The translations under genes were made by a program, and so were the position numbers. Positions 39,316-49,508 of a DNA stretch of 57,403 nt are shown in pieces. Source of the DNA: an uncultured archaeon (lineage in GTDB: Archaea > Altiarchaeota > Altiarchaeia > IMC4 > QMZM01); NCBI GenBank assembly GCA_964549685.1, contig CAZJVE010000007.1, positions 1 to 57,403 on the forward strand, in the 5' to 3' direction. Within the stretch, counting starts at the first letter, position 1. Each line of letters begins with the position of its first letter. The notes below the pieces were generated by a model, which searched no databases, was not told where the DNA came from, and saw only the letters and a program-made list of their open reading frames with translations.

Positions 39316-39651
39316 ATGTCTGAACTTGAGGAGCTTAGACAGAGAAGAATCAAGCAACTGGTGGAACAGCAGAGACAGTCCCAGGGCCAGCAGCTGCAGC
39401 AGCAGATGAAGGAGCAGGAGATAGAGGCCCAGATAAAGCTCATCATCACAAAAATTCTCACTCCAGAAGCAAGAGAGAGGCTCGGCAACATAAGGATTGC
39501 TAGGGCACAGTTCGCGAGGCAGATTGAAATCTTTCTGATTCAGCTTCATCAGGCCGGAAGACTGCCACAGAAACTTACCGACGAGCAGTTCAAGCAGATT
39601 CTTGAGAAACTAAAACAGGGAAAGAGAGAATTTAATATAACGAGAGAGTAG
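39316..39651 (+). CDS. PDCD5/TFAR19-family DNA-binding protein
   Basis: 'ELEELRQRR', 'ILTPEARERL.NI'; usual position after rps19e. Confidence 0.92.
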   Translation: MSELEELRQRRIKQLVEQQRQSQGQQLQQQMKEQEIEAQIKLIITKILTPEARERLGNIRIARAQFARQIEIFLIQLHQAGRLPQKLTDEQFKQILEKLKQGKREFNITRE

Positions 39652-39653
39652 CG

Positions 39654-40916
39654 CTATTTCTTTTTACCCTTTTCCTTTGGCACCGGCTCTTCCGGCAATG
39701 GCGCTTCCTCGCCCAAGTCAAGTTCTTCCTCGGTTCCTGGGGGGCCAATCTCCTCACCGAACTCCAGCTCTTCCTCTCCCCCCTCCTCTTCAAATTCGTA
39801 GCCAAGCTCCCCCACATCCTCATCAGCCACCTTTTTACTTTTCCTGGCAAGGGCCCTCTGAGCCGACACGAGAATCAACATAATCACAAGAACAACGATG
39901 GTTGAATAGGTTACTGACCATTGCTCCAGGAAATATGCGCCCTTAATCTCTTCAATCTCCTCCTCGGTTTCATCCAATTGCGCTACAAGGCCCCTATTCT
40001 GGGAACTCAACTGCTCCCTCTCCGATTCAGCCTCAGCAAGTGTTTCATTGAGCTTGTCTCTATCCAGTTTCAATTCACCCATCATAATCCTGAGGTCCTC
40101 AATGCTTATCTCATCCGGGAGGTCGCTTGGTATTGATAACCACTCCACAACGTTCATGCCAAGCTGTAGGTTGTCATACTTATACACCGCCGTGTTCAGA
40201 TGCGTATCGTCCATAATCTCATCATCCGATATGAAGAACACGAGGCCCTTGCCAACCCTGCTTGATATAGCGACGTTGGGTTTACTGCCAGGTGGAAAAG
40301 AGCCGGTACTTGTGGAGGTGTCCCAGTCCCCTGTAAGTACTGGCTTTACAGAATCTCCGGAAACATATATACCATTCCCTCCAAAGAAACCAACCTCATA
40401 AACCTTGTACAGCAGCGTTTTGACGGTTGAATCATCCCTTGAGAACGGTGCCTTCACAACGAAATCATTCTTGTTCGTTCCAGGCTGCCTTGTGCCTGCG
40501 TCCACTACTGGGTCTGTAGAATCCTCCAGCTCCACATCGTCAACGACAACGCCGAACGGAAGCAACTGGTTGACATACTCTCCCCCACCAATGATAAAAA
40601 GACCCCCACCGTCTCTCATGACAAAATTCGCAATGGCGCTCAGCTCGTTCGAATCAAGCTGGCCGGTCAGCCCTGGGATTACGATAACGTCCGGGTCATA
40701 GTCCTCAATAACGGTCTTTGACAGAGGAACTTCGGCCCTTAATATGTTATAGCCTTCCTTCTCAAGCTCCTCCTTGAACATGGAATAACCGGAATCTATG
40801 GTATACTTGGCCTTGTCTTCATAGAAGAACACTCTGTTTCCCGCTGATGCCAGGCCGGCAATTGAAATTAACAGAATTGGGATTGAAATTAGGGTTAATG
40901 TTCTACTCAGCGTCAT
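39654..40916 (-). CDS. Membrane-anchored GldG/DUF4350(GIFT)-like protein with coiled coil and acidic tail
   Basis: Signal peptide; 'GYSMFKEELEKEGY', 'FVMRDGGGLFIIG', 'GKGLV...D', 'DNLQLGMNVVEWL'; heptad region; TM; Glu-rich tail. Confidence 0.7.
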   Translation of the reverse strand: MTLSRTLTLISIPILLISIAGLASAGNRVFFYEDKAKYTIDSGYSMFKEELEKEGYNILRAEVPLSKTVIEDYDPDVIVIPGLTGQLDSNELSAIANFVMRDGGGLFIIGGGEYVNQLLPFGVVVDDVELEDSTDPVVDAGTRQPGTNKNDFVVKAPFSRDDSTVKTLLYKVYEVGFFGGNGIYVSGDSVKPVLTGDWDTSTSTGSFPPGSKPNVAISSRVGKGLVFFISDDEIMDDTHLNTAVYKYDNLQLGMNVVEWLSIPSDLPDEISIEDLRIMMGELKLDRDKLNETLAEAESEREQLSSQNRGLVAQLDETEEEIEEIKGAYFLEQWSVTYSTIVVLVIMLILVSAQRALARKSKKVADEDVGELGYEFEEEGGEEELEFGEEIGPPGTEEELDLGEEAPLPEEPVPKEKGKKK

Positions 40917-40955
40917 TGTAATCTAATATTCGTTTATATGCTTAAATAAATTCAT

Positions 40956-41633
40956 TTATATCTTTTCAAACTTCAGGTGGATTCTTTCTCCAATGCCCAG
41001 GATTCCGGCCCTTTCGTTCGACACCGGGCCTATATTCACTATTCTACTCTTACCTATCTTGTCCTCCTTACCTGCGGATTCATGCACATGGGAACAGAGA
41101 ACCAGATTCGGCTGGAACTCCTCCACTATCTGCCTTACCGCGCTGCTTCCGACATGCAGCCCGCTACCCGTCATGTCGCATGCGGTGTCCTTTGGAGGAC
41201 AATGCAGTACAAGCACAACCTGTTTATCCTCTACTTTCTTAAGCAACGGCTTCAGTTTCTTGTAGATTTCCTTCTCGGTAAGCTCAAAGGGCGTGCCAAA
41301 CGGGGTTGGACCTGAACCGCCCAAACCCACCAGAACGGCATCATCCACAGCAATCGCCTTCCTGTGCAGATTAACCTCGTGCTTGTCGAATATCTTGAGA
41401 ACGCTCTCCCAGTCGCAGTTACCTGGAATGGCAAGGAGGTTGAAGTTGCTCATAATCGAGAGGACGTGTTTAACGTCCTTCTCGTTCTGTTTTCTGTCCT
41501 TGAATGCTCCATGCCCCGAGAAGTCGCCCAGAATTATCGCATCGCCAATATTGCTGGATGCCGCGAATTCCCTCATCCTCAGCAGCCCCTGTATATCCCC
41601 ATGTATATCTGCAACGCAGAGGATTTTTCTCAT
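40956..41633 (-). CDS. Metallophosphoesterase (Icc-related)
   Basis: DIHG, GD, GNCD, HCPP, HVHE motifs. Confidence 0.92.
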   Translation of the reverse strand: MRKILCVADIHGDIQGLLRMREFAASSNIGDAIILGDFSGHGAFKDRKQNEKDVKHVLSIMSNFNLLAIPGNCDWESVLKIFDKHEVNLHRKAIAVDDAVLVGLGGSGPTPFGTPFELTEKEIYKKLKPLLKKVEDKQVVLVLHCPPKDTACDMTGSGLHVGSSAVRQIVEEFQPNLVLCSHVHESAGKEDKIGKSRIVNIGPVSNERAGILGIGERIHLKFEKI

Positions 41634-41669
41634 AGTTAAGATATTACCTCAAAAATTAAATAAGTAAAA

Positions 41670-42446
41670 ATGCCCTCCATAACCTTCCTGGGCACGGGAG
41701 GCGGAAGATACGTCCTTCTGAGCCAGAGGAGATACACCGGCGGGATATGGCTGAACCTGGAGTCCAGCCTTGTGTTAGACCCGGGGCCTGGCTCACTCAT
41801 AAGAGCACTACAATTCGGCAAGAACCCTGAGAAGCTGGACGCCGTTATGGTTTCTCACAAACACCTTGACCACTACAATGATGCTGAGCTGATGCTCGAG
41901 GCGATGACAAAGGGCGTAAAACGAAGGCACGGTTACCTGGTGATTGACGAAAACGCCCTCGAATACGTCTCAAGCTATCACCAGAACTCCGTCGACGTTC
42001 TGGTTCCGAAGCCGGGCGACAGCTTCCGTCTTGGTTACCTCAAGGTGCAGGCAATCCCCGCCAAGAGCCACGAGGGAATGGGCTTCAGGTTTCTATCTGA
42101 TGATGGCACAGTAACCTACACCTCCGACACGGACTACTCCAAGGACCTCATAAAGCATTACAAGAACTCGAGAATTCTAATCATAAACTCCATCTTCCCC
42201 TCTGGCATGAACATAAAAAGCCACCTCAATGCCGATGATGCTCTCAGGATTGTGGAAGAGGCAAAGCCGGAACTTGCTGTTCTGAACCACTTCGGGATGC
42301 AGATGCTGAATCGCGGCCCCGAAAAGGAGGCCAAAAGAATCCAGGAGAAGACGGGCATAAGAACCATCGCAGCCAGAGACGGCATGACCCTCGACCTGAA
42401 AAAACTGGACGAGGAGGTAAAGCAGCTCAAGCTGGGCAACTTCTAG
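41670..42446 (+). CDS. Metallo-beta-lactamase-fold hydrolase
   Basis: 'FLGTGGGR', 'DPGPG', HxHxDH (HKHLDH), 'YTSDT'. Confidence 0.92.
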   Translation: MPSITFLGTGGGRYVLLSQRRYTGGIWLNLESSLVLDPGPGSLIRALQFGKNPEKLDAVMVSHKHLDHYNDAELMLEAMTKGVKRRHGYLVIDENALEYVSSYHQNSVDVLVPKPGDSFRLGYLKVQAIPAKSHEGMGFRFLSDDGTVTYTSDTDYSKDLIKHYKNSRILIINSIFPSGMNIKSHLNADDALRIVEEAKPELAVLNHFGMQMLNRGPEKEAKRIQEKTGIRTIAARDGMTLDLKKLDEEVKQLKLGNF

Positions 42447-42447
42447 G

Positions 42448-42681
42448 ATGAAACTGACGAAGGAGACCAAAACCGCGGCAACGGCCGGAATCTGCATGTT
42501 CCTGATTGCGATAATCTCGGCCATGCAGGGAAAATACCCCAATCCGATAATTCTCGCAGCCCCGGGATACATGCTTGCCATTCACATAATCCTGAAGGAG
42601 CAGTTCAACTGGACCTGCAAACACTGCGCCCTGAACATAATTGCAGTTACGCTGGTTGTGATTGCGCTGTTTCTACTATAA
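42448..42681 (+). CDS. Small 3-TM membrane protein with CxxC
   Basis: 77 aa, three hydrophobic segments, 'WTCKHC'; starts 1 nt after the MBL stop. Confidence 0.65.
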   Translation: MKLTKETKTAATAGICMFLIAIISAMQGKYPNPIILAAPGYMLAIHIILKEQFNWTCKHCALNIIAVTLVVIALFLL

Positions 42682-42685
42682 AAAT

Positions 42686-44464
42686 CTACTCCACAGTCAC
42701 GCTCTTTGCCAGGTTACGCGGCTTATCTGGGTCCAAGCCCTTCGCATTGGAGATATGGTATGCAAGGAGATGAAGCGGGACTATGTACAGAATCGGTGAC
42801 AGCAGCGGGTCTATGACCGGGACCTTCAGATCCCCGCTCTCCCCCACAACCAGGACGGTGGCCTCCCTCGCCTTCGCCTCCTCTATGTTGCTCTCCATCT
42901 TCTCCAGCAGGTCGTCATTGGGCTTTATTGCTATCACAGGGACGCCCTTCTCTAACAGGGCCAGGGGACCGTGCTTCAGTTCTCCAGCAGGATAGGCCTC
43001 GGCATGAACGTAGCTTATCTCCTTTATCTTCAGCGCCCCTTCAAGGGCAGTCGGATAGTTCAGCCTCCTCCCGATGTAGAAGAAGATATTCTTCTTGGCT
43101 AATTCCTTGGCCAGATTCTTTATTTCATCCTCCTCATTAAGAATAGATTGAATTTTCTCTGGAAGTGCATTCATGTCGTCGAGAATTTCATTCATATATT
43201 CCTCCGTAATCCCCTCCCTCTCCCTGGCGAGGAACAGCGCCAGCATAGTAACAGAAACAAGCTGCCCCAGATAGGCCTTCGTCGAGGCGACCGCAATCTC
43301 CGGGCCCGAATATGTATAGATGACATCATCGGAAATCCTTGTCAGCGTTGAGCCGACGACATTGACTATTGATGCGAGGTATGCGCCCTTCTCCTTGGCC
43401 CCCTTTGCGCTCGCTATGGTATCAGCAGTCTCCCCGGACTGCGAGATAAGGATTACTGCGCATTTATCATCCAGCGTGTTTATCGTGGAATACCTGAATT
43501 CTGATGCAGCCATGGTCTCGGCGGAAATCCCGAACCTCTCGAGGAGGTACTTTCCAACCAGCCCTGCATATGAGGCAGTGCCGCATGCAACCAGATAGAT
43601 TCTATCATAACCCTTCAGTTTTGCCGCGACCTTCCCGACATCATCGGCCCCCTTCAGAGCATTTCTAACTGCCTGTGGTTCTTCGAATATCTCCTTGAGC
43701 ATGAAGTGCTCATAGCCCTCCTTCTCCGCCTCCTTCAGGCTCCACTCCACCTTTTGAACGTCCTTCTTCAACTCATCTCCGGTCTGGAGGTCCTTCAGCA
43801 GGACCGAGTCCTTGCCAACAATCCCGTAGTCGAAGTCGTCCAGAATGATTATCTTCTTGGTGTAGGGAATTACAGCCGGAGTGTCTGAGGCAATGAAATT
43901 CTCCCCCTTGCCGATGCCTATGATGAGGGGGCTCTCCTTTCTGGCTACAAGAATCTTGTCAGAATCATCGGGAGAGATAACAGCTATTGCAAAGCTGCCC
44001 CTCAGCTTTGAAATGGCCTTGACGAACGATGATTCGAAATTCTTTTCTTCCTTGTAGAACTCCTCTATGAGGTGGGGAATGACCTCGGTGTCCGTCTCGG
44101 ATTTGAATTCGTGACCCTGCTGCTGCAGTTCCTCCTTCAAATCCCTGTAGTTCTCCACAATCCCGTTATGAACGACGGTAAAATTCTGGCTGCAGTCCTG
44201 ATGGGGATGAGCATTGTCCTGCGAGGGAATTCCGTGCGTGGCCCAGCGGTTATGGGCTATGCCCAGCTTCGCGGGAATCTTCTTGGAGTTCATCTCCTTC
44301 CCGACCTCATCGACCTTGCCCCTGTCCTTGGAGACGACTATCCTTCCCTCAGAGATGCACGCAATTCCCGCAGAATCATAGCCCCTGTACTCCAGCCTCT
44401 TCAGCATCTCGAATAGAATACTCTGTGCCTTACCCTCTCCGATGTAGCCAGCTATTCCGCACAT
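42686..44464 (-). CDS. glmS: Glutamine--fructose-6-phosphate aminotransferase
   Basis: 'MCGI', 'EYRGYDS', 'RWATHG', 'SQSGET', 'PRNLAKSVTVE'. Confidence 0.98.
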   Translation of the reverse strand: MCGIAGYIGEGKAQSILFEMLKRLEYRGYDSAGIACISEGRIVVSKDRGKVDEVGKEMNSKKIPAKLGIAHNRWATHGIPSQDNAHPHQDCSQNFTVVHNGIVENYRDLKEELQQQGHEFKSETDTEVIPHLIEEFYKEEKNFESSFVKAISKLRGSFAIAVISPDDSDKILVARKESPLIIGIGKGENFIASDTPAVIPYTKKIIILDDFDYGIVGKDSVLLKDLQTGDELKKDVQKVEWSLKEAEKEGYEHFMLKEIFEEPQAVRNALKGADDVGKVAAKLKGYDRIYLVACGTASYAGLVGKYLLERFGISAETMAASEFRYSTINTLDDKCAVILISQSGETADTIASAKGAKEKGAYLASIVNVVGSTLTRISDDVIYTYSGPEIAVASTKAYLGQLVSVTMLALFLAREREGITEEYMNEILDDMNALPEKIQSILNEEDEIKNLAKELAKKNIFFYIGRRLNYPTALEGALKIKEISYVHAEAYPAGELKHGPLALLEKGVPVIAIKPNDDLLEKMESNIEEAKAREATVLVVGESGDLKVPVIDPLLSPILYIVPLHLLAYHISNAKGLDPDKPRNLAKSVTVE

Positions 44465-44466
44465 AA

Positions 44467-44811
44467 TCAGCCCTTCAGTTTCATTATCGCGGCCGCAAGA
44501 TCGCCGCCAGCCTCTTCCAGGGCGGCCTTGGCCTCATCCTCAGTGACTCCTGCCTGTTCCGCAACCATCGTTATGTCCTCTGCCTCAATCTTGACCTCTG
44601 CCTCGACTTCCTCCTCCTTAACCCTGCCGCCCATGATGTTGTACATCTCCTGTCCCTGTATGACCGTCTTCGAGACCTCTGGGTCCTCTATTACAATCTC
44701 CTTGTCAGGACCGTGGATTACGACAATACTTGCGTCAATCTCCTCCACCTTGATGCCCATCCTCTTCATCATCTGCTTCATCTGCTTCGGATTCATGTTG
44801 CCTGGGAACAT
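44467..44811 (-). CDS. nac: Nascent polypeptide-associated complex protein
   Basis: 'MNPKQMKQMMKRMGI', UBA-like tail 'GDLAAAIM'. Start ATG 44811 (alternative TTG 44817). Confidence 0.95.
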   Translation of the reverse strand: MFPGNMNPKQMKQMMKRMGIKVEEIDASIVVIHGPDKEIVIEDPEVSKTVIQGQEMYNIMGGRVKEEEVEAEVKIEAEDITMVAEQAGVTEDEAKAALEEAGGDLAAAIMKLKG

Positions 44812-44855
44812 TTTCAATCACACTTATTATTATCTCTAAGGAATTAAGAATTAAC

Positions 44856-45404
44856 ATGAGAGCCTTTATAGCGGTCCCATGCCCGGATGAGCTGAAGGAT
44901 GCAATGGTCGAGATTCAGGAGCAAATCAAGGAACTCGGCAGGCTGACTCTCGTAAAGCCGGAGAATATCCACCTCACCATGAAGTTTCTGGGCGAGGTTG
45001 ACGAGGGCAAAATTCCTGATATAACCAAAAGATTAGAATTTCTCTCCGAACTGCAGAGCTTCGACATCTCGCTCAAAGGCATCGGTGCCTTCCCCAGCAT
45101 GGACTACATCAGAGTAATCTGGGTCGGGGTGGACAAAGGAGCCAGTGACATAGTCAAAATCCACTCCGAAATCGACCATAATCTGAAGGAACTGAACTTC
45201 AAAAAAGATAAAAACTTCCACCCTCACCTAACGATAGCGAGGGTGAAATTCCCAAAAAAGAAGGAAGAGTTGAGGAACATCATCCAGAAGAATTCAGCCA
45301 GGGACTTCGGCAGCTTTCAAGTCGAGAGAATTGAGCTTATGCAGAGCAGGCTGAGTCCGAAGGGGCCGGAGTATTCAGTAATTCACGAAACCCGGCTCAA
45401 ATAG
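44856..45404 (+). CDS. thpR: RNA 2',3'-cyclic phosphodiesterase (2H family)
   Basis: 'MRAFIA', two HxT motifs (HLTM, HLTI), 'GPEY'. Confidence 0.94.
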   Translation: MRAFIAVPCPDELKDAMVEIQEQIKELGRLTLVKPENIHLTMKFLGEVDEGKIPDITKRLEFLSELQSFDISLKGIGAFPSMDYIRVIWVGVDKGASDIVKIHSEIDHNLKELNFKKDKNFHPHLTIARVKFPKKKEELRNIIQKNSARDFGSFQVERIELMQSRLSPKGPEYSVIHETRLK

Positions 45405-45444
45405 AAGATATTTATATCAGGCAAAGGTAATTCTTATTAGAGAT

Positions 45445-46173
45445 ATGGAACTGGAAAGGGTATCGACCGGAGTTTCGGGGCTTGACGAGATTCTCAGCGG
45501 CGGTCTTATAAAAGGAAGGCCATACCTGGTAGCCGGAGGCCCCGGCGCAGGAAAGACAATCCTCTGCATGCACTTCCTTCTCGATGGTTTAGCTAAAAAT
45601 GAGAAGGGTCTCTACATATCGCTTGAGGAGAATGCAGACCACTTACGACAGGATATGGCAGTCTTTGGATGGGACCTTGCCAGGCTTAGAATCATGGACA
45701 CCATGCAGGACCTGGGCAGTGACAAGTGGGTCCTCAAGACAGAGAAGGCTGTTTCAAGACCGGAGTTTACTGTAATAAACCTCGTTAAGGTAATCGAGGA
45801 GAAGCTCAAGACCTACAGGCCAAAGAGGCTCGTCATAGACTCGATAACGAGCGTCAGGATGCTCTACGACAAGGAGTTAAATGTCAGAAGGGAATTACTC
45901 TCCCTTATGAATTTCCTGACAAAGGCCGACTGCACCACTCTCCTTACAAGCGAATCCTACATGCACAACAGCGAGGTGCAGATGGAGGAGTTCCTGGCAT
46001 CAGGCGTTATAAAGCTGCACAAGATAGAGAGCAAGGGCGAGAGAATCAGCGCAATATCGGTTGAAAAATTCAGGGGGAGCGGCTTCGACAGGGCCACGAG
46101 GCCGATGAAGATAACCGGCGAGGGCATGACCGTCTTCCCGGGGGAGAGCATCTTCGAGCCGGCGCAGTTCTGA
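45445..46173 (+). CDS. Single-domain KaiC/RAD55-family ATPase
   Basis: 'STGVSGLD', GGPGAGKT, 'LEE', 'VIDSI', 'EKFRGS'. Confidence 0.9.
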   Translation: MELERVSTGVSGLDEILSGGLIKGRPYLVAGGPGAGKTILCMHFLLDGLAKNEKGLYISLEENADHLRQDMAVFGWDLARLRIMDTMQDLGSDKWVLKTEKAVSRPEFTVINLVKVIEEKLKTYRPKRLVIDSITSVRMLYDKELNVRRELLSLMNFLTKADCTTLLTSESYMHNSEVQMEEFLASGVIKLHKIESKGERISAISVEKFRGSGFDRATRPMKITGEGMTVFPGESIFEPAQF

Positions 46174-46174
46174 T

Positions 46175-47020
46175 TCAAATAAAGACAGGGCTTACAAAGA
46201 CCTCAATAAGTGCAGCAACCACCAGAAGAAGGACAGAAACTACAATCAAATCCAAGGAATCCACAAGTACGTGCCTGAATTCTTTGCTTCTGACGCTATG
46301 GTTTACAACAGCTACTGATATTATGCCTCCGCCCAGGGCTCCAAGGAAGTATGCCGCTATTTCTGGAATTCCATGAACCATGTAGGCAAAGCTCACAGGG
46401 AATGCACTAAGATAGCCGGTCAGGGCACTTCCTTCCAGGCTGCCATGGAGCGACAGTGACCTCCTTATGGTGAAGCCAACAACGACTCCGATTACGGAGG
46501 CATTCAGCGTAAGGATGAAGATAGCCCCCGCACCATAGAGGAATGAAAAGAGGACACAGAAAAATAGGACCCTGAAGTTATTGAGGAGAATCATTGTAAA
46601 GGCACCCCCCGGGTTGCTGAAATTTCCAACAGCCTTGGGATTGACCGAATTTATTATCTCGAGCTGGAATTCGAAGAGCCTTTCCACCTGCCCCTCCGGG
46701 AGCACGACAAACCAGAGGGAATAGGAGATGAGCATTCCGATAAAGAGGAACATGAAAAGGGAGAGGGCCTTGCCGTGCGCCTTTATAAGGAACCTCTCCT
46801 TCTGAATCTTCTCATCCTTGGACTCCTCATACTTTATCGTATTGTACATTATCACTATCAGCGGTATTGCGGTTATGAAGATGGCAGAGATACTTGCATA
46901 TTCTCCAAGAACAATGCTTGCAAGCAAAAGCCCCAGTGATGAGTAAAAGAACCCTACCCAGAGCATCCCCCCTGGTTTCTTTTCCATCTTCGATGGCCTG
47001 ATTATGGATTCAAGTACCAT
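46175..47020 (-). CDS. SpoIIM/DUF95-like membrane protein
   Basis: 'ILLNNFRV', 'LNASVIG', 'HGIPEI', 'AALIE'. Confidence 0.85.
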   Translation of the reverse strand: MVLESIIRPSKMEKKPGGMLWVGFFYSSLGLLLASIVLGEYASISAIFITAIPLIVIMYNTIKYEESKDEKIQKERFLIKAHGKALSLFMFLFIGMLISYSLWFVVLPEGQVERLFEFQLEIINSVNPKAVGNFSNPGGAFTMILLNNFRVLFFCVLFSFLYGAGAIFILTLNASVIGVVVGFTIRRSLSLHGSLEGSALTGYLSAFPVSFAYMVHGIPEIAAYFLGALGGGIISVAVVNHSVRSKEFRHVLVDSLDLIVVSVLLLVVAALIEVFVSPVFI

Positions 47021-48311
47021 TTTGCTCAAATGCATACATCACATCAAGGACCTTCTGGTCGTCAAGTGCCTTGCCAATTATCTGAAGCCCTGTGGGAATT
47101 CCGCCGACCTTCCCGGCTGGAACAGAGCCTGCGGGAATCCCCGCAAGGTTTGCAATCACCGTGAATATATCATAGGCATACATAATCATCGGGTCATCTA
47201 TCTTTGTCCCGAGCTTATGGGGCAGCTTCGGAACTACCGGCCCCGCAAGCACATCGACCTTATCCAGGGCAGATTCAAGCTCTTTCCGAATCACCGACCT
47301 AGCCTGCAATGCCTTCTTGTAATACCTCCCTGAATACTCCTTCTGCGATATGTAGGAGCCCAGAAGAATTCTGCGCAAGACCTCCTCGCCGCAGACCTCC
47401 TCTATCCTGTGCCCATACCTTCTCCCGTCATACTTCCTCGTGGCAGAGAAGAATTCTACATACACGTTGAGGTAGTAGGTCGGCAGCGCAATCTCAAGGT
47501 TCGGCAGGCTCACATCAACTATCTCAGCCCCGGCAGAGGTCAGCTTATCGAGGGAATTATGGATTAATTTTTTTATTCCCTTGTCCGAAATCAGCTTGTC
47601 GAATTCCCCGGCGTAACCGATTTTGGTTCCCTTCAAATTCTTATTCAAATTTTTAGAAAAGTTATAGAATTTTTTATCCAGTTGCAGGGAGGTTTCATCC
47701 CTCTCATCATGGCCCGCAATAACCTCCAGCAGCAGGACAGCCTTCTCGACATCTTTTGCAATTGGGCCTATCTGGTCTAGGGACATCGCAAGGTCTATCA
47801 AACCATAACGGGAGACCACACCATAGGTCGGCTTGAAGCCAACCACCCCGCAGTGCGAGGCGGGGTTCCTTATCGAGCCCCCGGTGTCGCTGCCTATTGC
47901 AACATCGACAAAACCGGCAGCAACAGCAGCAGCAGAGCCGGAGGAAGAGCCCCCCGGAATATTCTCCGGAGCGGCAGGATTCTTCGTCGCCCCATAATAG
48001 GAGGTCTCGCCACTACCGCCACAAGCAAATTCATCCATGTTGCACATTCCCATAATCTGGCCTGAATCCTCCTTTATTTTCTTAACAACAGTAGCATCAT
48101 ATGGGGCGATGTAATCCTCAAGCGTCTTCGACCCTCCCGAGGTGAGAAGCCCCTTAACGCAGATATTTGATTTAATCCCTACCGTGAGGCCGTCAAGCCC
48201 GCCGCCCTTCTTGACATCCTTTCTTGAGGCCCCCTCCTTATCAAGGACGATGAACGAATTGATATCCTTATCTCCCTTCTCGATATCGTCTAATCTTTCC
48301 TGAATCGTCAT
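47010..48311 (-). CDS. gatA: Asp/Glu-tRNA amidotransferase subunit A
   Basis: Amidase signature '[12 protein letters not shown]', 'GSDTGGSIR', '[10 protein letters not shown]'. Alternative start at 48326. Confidence 0.95.
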   Translation of the reverse strand: MTIQERLDDIEKGDKDINSFIVLDKEGASRKDVKKGGGLDGLTVGIKSNICVKGLLTSGGSKTLEDYIAPYDATVVKKIKEDSGQIMGMCNMDEFACGGSGETSYYGATKNPAAPENIPGGSSSGSAAAVAAGFVDVAIGSDTGGSIRNPASHCGVVGFKPTYGVVSRYGLIDLAMSLDQIGPIAKDVEKAVLLLEVIAGHDERDETSLQLDKKFYNFSKNLNKNLKGTKIGYAGEFDKLISDKGIKKLIHNSLDKLTSAGAEIVDVSLPNLEIALPTYYLNVYVEFFSATRKYDGRRYGHRIEEVCGEEVLRRILLGSYISQKEYSGRYYKKALQARSVIRKELESALDKVDVLAGPVVPKLPHKLGTKIDDPMIMYAYDIFTVIANLAGIPAGSVPAGKVGGIPTGLQIIGKALDDQKVLDVMYAFEQNGT

Positions 48312-48338
48312 ATTAATAATAATCATTGGACGAATAAA

Positions 48339-49508
48339 ATGGAGATTGGCATAGTAGGAAAACCCAACGTGGGCAAATCAACGTTCTTTAAGGCCTTAAC
48401 ATTGGCCGAGGCTGAGATAGCAAACTTCCCATTTACAACCATCAAGGCAAACATCGGTGTCGGCCATGCAAGGAAGGAGTGCGCCTGCAAGTCCCTGTCT
48501 GTTGAATGTAACCCGAACAACTCCATCTGCAAAGAAGGCAACAGATTCGTCCCGGTAAAGGTGATAGACGTCGCAGGTCTCGTTCCTGGGGCGCATGAGG
48601 GAAAGGGCCTCGGAAACCAATTCCTCGACGATTTGAGACAGGCCGATGTTCTTATCCACATAATCGACATATCGGGAAGGACCAACGAGAAGGGGGAATC
48701 AACGGAAGGCCACGACCCCGCAAATGACATAAAATTCCTGGAGGAGGAGATAGACCTCTGGTTCTACGGAATCCTGAAGAAGAACTGGAAAAAGATATAC
48801 AACAAAGCGAAGCACAACCACAAGGATTTGATTATCGAGTTGGCAGAGCAGCTGTCCGGCCTTGAGGTTAACGAGGAGCAGGTAGGGGAGGCCGCAAAGA
48901 AGTCCGACCTGACCGAATCTACCGACTGGAGCGACGAACAATTGCAGGAATTCGCAACCAACCTGAGGGAGATTTCCAAGCCCATCATTATAGCGGCAAA
49001 CAAGATTGACCTTGATAGCGGAAACTTCGACAGGCTAAAGGAGAACTACGACCTGGTACCTGTCTGCTCCGAGGCAGAGCTGGCGCTAAGGCAGGCAGAG
49101 AAAGCGGGCATTATCGGCTACCTCCCAGGGGATAAGGAATTCAAAATTATAAAAGACGTTGATGAAAAACAAAAAAAAGCACTGGAATTCCTCCAGAATA
49201 ATATTCTAAAAAAATATGGCTCCACAGGAGTCCAGAACTGCCTCAATACCGCAGTCTTTGAGATGCTTAAGCAGATTGTCGTCTACCCGGTCGAGAACGA
49301 GAACAAATTCACGGACAACAAGGGCAACGTCCTGCCCGATGCCCACCTCCTTCATGAGGGAAGCACGGCACTGGACCTGGCCTACAAAGTCCATACCGAC
49401 ATCGGCGACAAATTCATCGGAGCCATTGATTGCAAGACAAAGATGAAAGTTGGAAAAGAGCACGAACTGAACGATTGCGACGTCATAAAGATTATTGCGG
49501 GGAGATGA
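48339..49508 (+). CDS. ychF: Obg-family YchF-like GTPase/ATPase with TGS domain
   Basis: GKPNVGKS, 'NFPFTT', 'DVAG', 'NKID', 'VHTD'. Confidence 0.92.
   Translation: MEIGIVGKPNVGKSTFFKALTLAEAEIANFPFTTIKANIGVGHARKECACKSLSVECNPNNSICKEGNRFVPVKVIDVAGLVPGAHEGKGLGNQFLDDLRQADVLIHIIDISGRTNEKGESTEGHDPANDIKFLEEEIDLWFYGILKKNWKKIYNKAKHNHKDLIIELAEQLSGLEVNEEQVGEAAKKSDLTESTDWSDEQLQEFATNLREISKPIIIAANKIDLDSGNFDRLKENYDLVPVCSEAELALRQAEKAGIIGYLPGDKEFKIIKDVDEKQKKALEFLQNNILKKYGSTGVQNCLNTAVFEMLKQIVVYPVENENKFTDNKGNVLPDAHLLHEGSTALDLAYKVHTDIGDKFIGAIDCKTKMKVGKEHELNDCDVIKIIAGR

Noticed and set aside
24006-46173. Circadian clock from two KaiC-like genes
   Set aside because: Both are single-domain and far apart, with no kaiA or kaiB nearby.
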